From positions 62,001 to 126,000 of IMG/VR virus record IMGVR_UViG_3300020810_001156: DNA of 64,000 nucleotides; one strand, given 5' to 3'. A program made the translations under genes and the position numbers. This document shows positions 60,801 to 64,000 of the stretch, piece after piece. A model generated the notes under the pieces. It made no database searches. It worked only from the letters and a program-made list of their open reading frames with translations, and was not told where the DNA came from. Each line of letters starts with the position of its first letter. The stretch's first letter is position 1.

Positions 60801-63297
60801 TACGGCATCTTATGATGAAGCTAAATGTGCTAGAGATATTAAGTTGATTATTAGTGGAGCAGCTGAAGATTTAATTTGGAACGCTAATTCCGCATCTATT
60901 GTAAATGGTAAATTCTACTATGAATACCCATCCCAAGCGCAAGGAGCTCAATTAAATCAAACTTTAGATGGTATCAATTACGCAAGTAGATTGGCACAAA
61001 AACTTATTCAAAATATTGAATTTGTAACTGCATCTTCTGAAAGAGTTGTAACATCTGAATTGTTGAGATTGAACACACCATTCATTCAGACTGAAACAAT
61101 CGCTTACTTATCTTCATCTTGGTCAACTTTTGATTATGATGAAGTAACTTGTAAGAGAGATGTTGGATACATTATTGATGCTGTAAGAACTGATATTGTA
61201 TATGGTGGTAACGAAAGAACTAACAAAGCAGGAAACTTCTACTACTTATATCCATCACAAGCAACTGGTTCTCAATTAGACCAAACATTGGATGGAATCA
61301 GATACGCTGGTAGATTGGCTGAGAAAGTTGCTAGTAATATTCAATTAGTATCACCATCATCAGCTTCTCAACAATCTTATGATTTATTAAGAGATAACAA
61401 AGGATTCATTCAAAGTGAATCAATCGCTTACTTATCATCTTCTTGGAGTGAGTTTGATTACAACCAAGAAACTTGTAAGAGAGATATTGGATACATCTTA
61501 GATGCTATTTCAACTGATATTCTTTATGGTGGAACTGAGAGAAGTGTAATAGCTGGAAATTACTATTACAAATATCCATCATCAGCAACTAACGCTCAAT
61601 TAGACCCAACGGTAACTGGAATTGAGTACGCGGGTGATATGATGGAAAAAGTAATTGTAAACCAAATATTCCAATCTCCATCAGCTGAAAGAATTGCTGG
61701 TAACGAATCGTTACTAAACAATAGAACATTCATTCAATCAGAATCATTGGCTTACTTAACTGCTAGTTGGAGTACATTTGAGTACAACAAAGATAAGTGT
61801 GCTAGAGATGTTGGATATATTGTGGATGCAGTTGCAACTGATTTCTTATATGGTGGAAATGAAAGAAGTAGAACCGCTGGTGAATACTACTACTTATATC
61901 CATCGGAAGCAACTTCAGTTCAAGCAAATCAAACAACTGATGGTGTGAAATACGCTGGTAGAATCTCTGAAGCATTGGTTCAAAATATCCAATTCGTAAC
62001 AGCATCTACCGAAGTATCCGCATCGTTTGACTTGTTGAGAAAGAACAAACCATTTATCGCTGAAGAAACAATTCAGTATGTATCTTCTTCTTGGAGTGGT
62101 GTTTACTATGATGAAGCTAAATGTAGAAGAGATACTGGATTCATAGTAGATGCAGCAGCAACCGATTTATTGTATGGTGGTAACGAAAGAAGTGTTATCG
62201 CTGGTAATTACTACTTCAAATACCCATCATCGGCAACTGAAAGAGGTGTACCTTCGGTGGTATCTCAATTAGACCCAACAACTACTGGTATCAAATATGC
62301 TAGTGGATTGGCTCAAAATGTGATTCAAAATATTGAATGGAACGAACCATCAGCATCGGTATTAGTTGCGGCTGATTTATTGGTGAATAACAAAACATTT
62401 ATTCAAAAAGAAACTATCGCATTTTTATCTTCATCTTGGAGTGAGTTCGCTTACAATGATGTAAGTTGTAGTAGAGATTTGGGTTACATCATAGATGCGG
62501 TTAGAACTGATTTGGTATATGGTGGTAACGAAAGAAGTATCCAAGCGGCTACATTCTATTACTATATTCCTTCAGTAGCAATTACTGAACAAAAACCCCA
62601 AACAATCGATGGTATTGATTTCGCAAAAGGAATGGCTGAAAAAGTTATTAAGCAAGACCAATTAACATTCGCTAGTTTGAATAGAAGAAATGGTTACAAT
62701 GAATTAAGAGCAGCGAAGAAATATTTACAATCATCGGCAATTTCATATACTGAAGCAGCATTCCCAGGTTTTGAATATAACGAAGAAAAATGTTATAGAG
62801 ATACTGGATTTATTTTAGATGCTATTTCAACTGATTTACTATATGGTGGTAATGAGAGAAGTATTGAAGCTGCAAAATCTTACTACAATGGTGTTTATGG
62901 TGATGCTAGTGTAGTGATAAACGAACAAAAGAAAGAAACGGCAGAAACAAATAGATATTTAAGAACTTTATTCCAAAAAGTTGCTAGAAATGCACCATTG
63001 GAATTATTTGGTTCACTAATTATTACTACTGGACATGATTTCTCATATGCTGGTTCTGGTGTAACTTATAAAGCATTACCTCCTAACCAAGGTGGTAATG
63101 GAGTTCCAGACCCAGATAAAGAAATTGTTGAATTGGGTGGAGGTAGAGTATTCTTCACTGCGGGTAACGAACTTGGTGACTTTAAGATTGGTACGGGACT
63201 TGTAATTAATCAGGCAACTGGTACATTACAGGGTAGAACATTCTCTCGTTCATTATTCTCATTAGTTACACCATTCTCTCTCGCTCTGGAAGGGTAA
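48811..63297 (+). CDS. Giant virion structural protein (4828 aa): beta-helix-like ends, 24 CxRD helical repeats, about 20 shorter linker repeats, and two inserted domains
   Basis: Uninterrupted ORF. N-terminal YVSATRGDDSNDG..P..TIKRA / QAGTYLE / GAGLRVT is pectate-lyase-like; the repeats are read directly from the translation. Confidence 0.85.
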   Translation: MARLIPQKQIEEVNIFRDSISVGNSVFISGSLLVSQSIDIGNDLTTPQRITGSVQITGSINIDGDLTFARAESRLDATASFSDVSVDTQRFGGIPVAEFGGSDATVYVSATRGDDSNDGRSPQFPVRTIKRAAQIVTPGDDGRYGLPTGSNFTGFRIDVQAGTYLEDNPVELPRNTTVWGAGLRVTKVVAKNENEDLFWVNSGNYLAEMTFAGLRVFPSVDDSQKGFAISFAPNAFITTSPYVQNCSMISNQENSFLEAYEDIPAGGGGLNVDGNRIHPDSPLASMVLDAYTQVAPNGVGCQVVGRGFIQLVSFFTNFSAYSVKVIDGGQAVLLNSNTSFGDFGMYASGSRFITGSGGNTEAFLNVQDNYSIIVDTIERGLGEIPDLVTNTEDGIKVTNELQKFNTGAQASDKDAKTVVSDYRLISNLIERGVENKIPILAVSSDRGYNSGSVWNVSGDNQITSSTTASEDDLSTINTNYDIVLDIIERGNAATSSYIYVDNVSSSIKISDVEQYKSSPVSDITEDTIGERFDTIISIIENGLDFIPEIKLNTSQSFKVTDTTQYITDLSSSLNVREAVSSSLSIVYNILDNGTGSAPAIIQSSSNENPTIDYQNAYALLIENIPFIQEETIAYLSSSWSEFEYNQTTCKRDVGYIVSGAAHDLLYGGNEESVRNGNFYYLYPSDATTTQKDPTLTAIKYVAGMVDNILSDTTFVETTAEADNAYSLLFENKRFIQSESIAYVSSSWSTFEYNEAKCVRDLGYIIDAVATDIKYGGNERSVIAGNFYYKYPSQATVNNSTVGGQLNQTIDGIKYAKRIAQKLAKNETFVTQSASTLTIADTLLQNRSLIQDETITYINTTYPNFSYNEAKCRRDTGYILDGVITDLRYGGVERSQLSGLYYYLYPSIANTTQLEETLEGIRYSKGFALEVAQSNLIEIPTAKRNIEKRIKVGDVQYITSSISGTEFESKYISGSIGIVEDIIRFGNDSVLASIAENTGSFNWSISSPINVSSVLPITSSVTESVNIQNVSDGFDIVTSIIAGGESVIPQPTSSWEGTIKVTDTPQYISSSLSSTSTEATLVSQSIAIVANIVQNGVDSLPPLTASIDGLIKVTNQLQNTDYSGSLTEATKVSSSFATITNIVENGVGVIPTIVSNTNENIKFFNDSVQYISSSFSGSLEDVSFISSSISYVTSIIANGTGSYTASEYPSQPLSSSNAIAAYQILRNNIDFIKDETIAYLSSSWSTASYDESKCRRDVGLIISGAAEDLIWGTVSSSIVNGKFYYEYPSQAQGAQLNQTLDGVFFASEVAQKLIQNIEFVTASVERRGAWNAITENEDFIKEEMIQYLSSSWSTFDYNETTCRRDAGYILDAVKTDIYYGGNERSAIAGNFYYLYPSAAILSGSASPTPTTQLVPTLDGLRYAGRITEAVVTGSSFSFPSQAKLDAKNVLLNNKQFVQDETIAYLSSSWSEFSYNQTTCKRDIGFIIDAAVTDVVYGGNERSRIASNFYYRYPSAAIVGGVPSTTQQKDPTVDGIKYVGGISEKIVLGETFTSADSTKITIKNSIIDNKSNVQQQTIDYINDTYPNLNYNNDKCFRDVGFIIDAVVTDLVYGGNGRSVQAGAFYYRFPSQATFSQLSETVDGINFARDLIKLDLRGANSVENSFDTVIKIIESGSSIVTEETIGTGSAPVPESQIGDPISTIGIPKDSYGDGLVKTVITTSIPTFELTENTDSGIKFGSDTQITGSITSSVSESLKVSSSFSDIIDIIKYGTSGSLSLSGSFDTSTYYEVVTPETGDYYIINRAQLDEFDGVRAGGYFNTEENTGSFSDGIKDPTLTLKRGEMYTFSVNALKYDLNPFYIKTARKPNKEALYNEGVTNNGVNFGTLTFIVPLEAPDRLYYVNGNNVSASGIINVVDNLPISDTQRYIEVPSKGFVEITTNNVDNIKISNISQYSSSFSASVDESHEISSSFATTIEILKNGVDDLPTIVENTSGSIKVTNTSQITSSITPSEYELNNVSSSYAIVIDVLQNGTSSLPTEISNTSASIKVTDVPQYISSSVSGTLENVNFISSSVSIVYNIVQLGSSGSYTASLYDTGSGVSTDESTIAAYQIIRNNIPFIQSESLAYLSSSWSTASYDEVKCGRDIGLIISGAAEDLIWGTVSSSVVNGRFYLEYPSQAETSQLNQTLDGIEYASKLTQKLIQNIQFVTASNEASASHQLLLDNKVLIQNETIEYISSSWSDFVYSDILCRRDIGHIVDAAATDILYGGNERSVQAASFYYSNPSAATGSQLNQTVDAINYARRISNKILQNQVLELPELQTLGVAELISENKSLIQEETIQFLSSSWSTFEYNEAKCRRDTGYIIDAVVTDFVYGGNERAVNAGEFYYLYPSDATGSQLTQTVDGITYAQRLTNKLINNITLVTSSLERRATKDLLMDNKGLIQNEVIHFISSSWSTFEYNESKCKRDVGYILDAIATDIVYGGNERSVVAGEFYYRYPSEATTTQLDQTITGVKHAAGLSEKIIQNTLLVNPDSNTLEAYNRIRNNKLFIQSEVIEFVDNLYPYFTYNRVKCKRDVGFILDAVATDLLWGGNERSIIAGDYYYRYPSQATTFQLRETIEGIRYAKALTKDVILNKEFERPRIILNSENHIKVDGVPQYSGSMAISGSNLTEISSSFEIINNVILGGLNNLPTEHKGIESLTKVTNAIQTTNSATQSVSDISSSFAIVIDVIQNGVGNIPTIVSNTNNNIKVGNIEQYISSSASGSLENVNFISSSIDIVTDIITNGVGGYVPTNYTTSSTDESTIAAYQILRNNIDFIQEETIAYLSSSWSGFVYDESKCRRDVGLIVSGAAEDLIWNTDSSSIVNGKFYLEYPSQATSSQLDQTLDGIFYASNLAQKLIQNVTFSSADSTIVDSYNSIVNEKATIQSKVIAYLSSSFPTHQYNESKCSRDVGYIIDGVATDLLYGGNERSVKSGNYYYKYPSQATGYQLEETVAGIEYAQRLTEVASQNKGTQIGIVSASIDMINDIIRLGSDDIPFTIAKHFQTSELDTPQQLTTGSYTQIAGPTLDSEYNNGSIISLTGDGSDFFKKEVTVNGVRIVVAGDVGGQTAVPDAFTEKVARMFELFTDPSGSGINETFQRNLIKTLSGDSGTYHAGLPTIQRVARGAGSDYTPNFLDDAGILYWNLTNLFDTHVQNDMVWYLNSTGDISGSGDIDAQEVIEHIFHTLHMHGLPADDIKLYSYLASDWQTGDLYLAMEEAYDAGLWDSSGYGGNSWKTDSDAFEVAAKEYLYLLNFSMFEYTDLWENGSLSPEWDDSMRTQAGILANNPLGYAFHNTYISPTISKPSLATIRSIFQDGDLGDPTIAGESGYVVTPTGTYTTDTELAIVSSSFSLINDIIENTTSSIADFVDNTYNKRKFTNTTQYSSSVSASTAELSIVDNRFGIVVDIVENGLSQKPTIVRNNTDVDNLIKVTDTPQYISASSADKLQSKIVSSSIAIVTDIIENGSGSAPTIIEYTTPSDSPKAKLAYQLIKNNLPFIVSESIAYISSSWSDFSYNEASCSRDVALIVSGAAEDLIWNSNSASVVNGKFYLEYPSAATGSQLQQTLDGINYASTLTQHIVRNRTFVTASSSVSASYNLLVENKEFIQNETIAYLSSSWSDFYYSESKCKRDVGYIIDAVATDLKYGGNERSVIAGDYYYRYPSAAIVGGVPNVDQQKDPTVTGINYAKSLANELLSGSQFVTASNEVEFVYDSIRENREFIQAETVAFVNAKYPNLEYNEASCSRDAGFIVDAVATDLRWGGNQRSIVAGQYYYKFPSQATTAQLGETTDAVIYASKLVTELIDKNTLPIPSASLNTNNNIKVTSTPQYISASSAGEVELTKISSSFASVSGIVEDGVSVIPTLVENLNENIKVTNVTQYISSSASGSLENISFISESVEIVTDIISNGTGSLPLFGTYTTPSTDESTIAAYQILRSNISFIQSESIAYLSSSWSTASYDEAKCARDIKLIISGAAEDLIWNANSASIVNGKFYYEYPSQAQGAQLNQTLDGINYASRLAQKLIQNIEFVTASSERVVTSELLRLNTPFIQTETIAYLSSSWSTFDYDEVTCKRDVGYIIDAVRTDIVYGGNERTNKAGNFYYLYPSQATGSQLDQTLDGIRYAGRLAEKVASNIQLVSPSSASQQSYDLLRDNKGFIQSESIAYLSSSWSEFDYNQETCKRDIGYILDAISTDILYGGTERSVIAGNYYYKYPSSATNAQLDPTVTGIEYAGDMMEKVIVNQIFQSPSAERIAGNESLLNNRTFIQSESLAYLTASWSTFEYNKDKCARDVGYIVDAVATDFLYGGNERSRTAGEYYYLYPSEATSVQANQTTDGVKYAGRISEALVQNIQFVTASTEVSASFDLLRKNKPFIAEETIQYVSSSWSGVYYDEAKCRRDTGFIVDAAATDLLYGGNERSVIAGNYYFKYPSSATERGVPSVVSQLDPTTTGIKYASGLAQNVIQNIEWNEPSASVLVAADLLVNNKTFIQKETIAFLSSSWSEFAYNDVSCSRDLGYIIDAVRTDLVYGGNERSIQAATFYYYIPSVAITEQKPQTIDGIDFAKGMAEKVIKQDQLTFASLNRRNGYNELRAAKKYLQSSAISYTEAAFPGFEYNEEKCYRDTGFILDAISTDLLYGGNERSIEAAKSYYNGVYGDASVVINEQKKETAETNRYLRTLFQKVARNAPLELFGSLIITTGHDFSYAGSGVTYKALPPNQGGNGVPDPDKEIVELGGGRVFFTAGNELGDFKIGTGLVINQATGTLQGRTFSRSLFSLVTPFSLALEG
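50650..62990 (+). repeat. Coding tandem repeats: 24 copies of a ~108-aa unit (N..FI..E..AYL...Y...KCxRD.G.I.DA...DL.YGGN.RS..AG..YY..PS)
   Basis: First Cys codon at 50755, last at 62791; many neighbouring units are 324 nt apart (e.g. around 55880, 56204, 56527). Confidence 0.92.
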
Positions 63298-63311
63298 TAA
63301 ATTAAAGTTGA

Positions 63312-63320
63312 ATATTTATA
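63312..63320 (+). promoter_or_regulatory. Putative phage late promoter (ATATTTATA)
   Basis: Recurrent motif 19 nt before ATG 63340. Confidence 0.6.
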
Positions 63321-63339
63321 TAAGATAAAGTGAAAAAAC

Positions 63340-64000
63340 ATGGCAGATGAATTAATTCCATTAAACGCATTTAAATCAGTAGTTGCAACTTTGACTGGTG
63401 AGGAAGACCAGGTGTATAAAGCACCTACTGGTGTTTCTACTATTATATTATCGGCTCAAATTACAAACAATGGTACACAAACCCAAGAAGTTGTAATTAA
63501 GTTAGCACCAAACAGAATTTTACCAGTTCCACAAGTTGCTGGAATTGCAAATTCAGGAAGTTTCTTCTCATCATCAGCATTAATAGTTGAAAATAAAAAT
63601 TTCCTTAAAAAAGAAGTAGCTGCTTACACTAGATTCAATAATAATCTTCAAGAAATTCCATTTGGATTTTCATCATCAAGATATGAAGAATATGTTGAAA
63701 CCGCTGTAAACGCTGTAACATTTGATATAATTAATAGTGGTAGTACAATTAGAACCAATAAAGCGGCACTATCTTTTTATGATAAAGATGGTGTATTATT
63801 GATTCCATCAAATCAAATTACAGCATCAATAAATGCAATATCGTACACAAATACACTTGCTCAGAAAATTATTCTAAATGAATCAGTAACGGGTTCTGAT
63901 GATGTAGATAGATTATATCAATCAAGCGTAACACAATCAATTAATACTAATTTAATAGCTGAAAGTGGTTCATCAAATATTATAAGAGAACTATTTACTG
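63340..64000 (+). CDS. 5' part of a further virion protein running off the right edge; contains a Cys-less copy of the 108-aa repeat
   Basis: ATG 63340, open to the end of the window (MADELIPLNAFKSVVATL...); missing from the ORF track because it has no stop. Confidence 0.8.
   Translation, partial: MADELIPLNAFKSVVATLTGEEDQVYKAPTGVSTIILSAQITNNGTQTQEVVIKLAPNRILPVPQVAGIANSGSFFSSSALIVENKNFLKKEVAAYTRFNNNLQEIPFGFSSSRYEEYVETAVNAVTFDIINSGSTIRTNKAALSFYDKDGVLLIPSNQITASINAISYTNTLAQKIILNESVTGSDDVDRLYQSSVTQSINTNLIAESGSSNIIRELFT

Noticed and set aside
18-62005. Dozens of short minus-strand ORFs in the track
   Set aside because: They lie wholly inside long, motif-bearing + strand genes and show antisense-shadow composition; only 13227..13397 and 13394..13789 occupy their own space.
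50650-62990. Long repeat array as a possible CRISPR array or DNA-level repeat element
   Set aside because: The repeats are conserved at protein level with synonymous divergence, in frame within one ORF, with no short identical repeats and spacers.
48811-63297. Cyanobacterial host suggested by the phycobiliprotein-like and cupredoxin-like domains
   Set aside because: The promoters are Bacteroidota-type and no photosynthesis or bilin genes are present in the window; the host stays unproven.
1-64000. Stop-codon reassignment, as in some jumbo phages
   Set aside because: Genes are full-length under code 11, and TAG and TGA both serve as real stops (e.g. 31151, 13394).
1-64000. tRNA or rRNA genes
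   Set aside because: Intergenic gaps are short and I found no cloverleaf or T-loop signature by eye; a tRNAscan-SE run would settle it.

Overview
AT-rich 64-kb segment of a very large T4-like (myovirus-type) tailed phage; almost every real gene is on the + strand, and standard genetic code 11 works throughout. Gene order: baseplate/tail-attachment genes; a small replication/repair block (GIY-YIG nuclease, DNA primase, a single-chain Mre11-Rad50/SbcDC fusion, a short UDP-sugar dehydrogenase); a 2802-aa tail fibre containing a Hint domain, with its assembly chaperone; a glycan-modification operon (GT4-methyltransferase-GT25 triple fusion, AAH/TibC-like protein O-heptosyltransferase, HldC- and HldA-like heptose enzymes); a 1048-aa nucleotidyltransferase/ligase-like polyprotein; a T4-like head module (terminase, portal, putative internal head proteins, prohead protease, scaffold, major capsid, gp13/14/15-like neck); and a 4828-aa virion protein. 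Three exact TTTG-N20-TATATTTG promoters and A-rich, mostly SD-less starts point to a Bacteroidota host. A second motif, ATA[T/C]TTAT[A/T], found 13 times, looks like the phage late promoter. The most striking candidates for undescribed biology are (1) 24 tandem ~108-aa repeats in the giant virion protein that resemble phycobiliprotein (globin-fold) subunits and each keep the bilin-attachment C-x-R-D motif, and (2) a phage-encoded protein O-heptosylation pathway alongside a virion-wide hydrophobic-[S/T]-[G/A/S]-S motif that may be its glycosylation sequon. All family assignments come from motif recognition by eye; no database searches were run.
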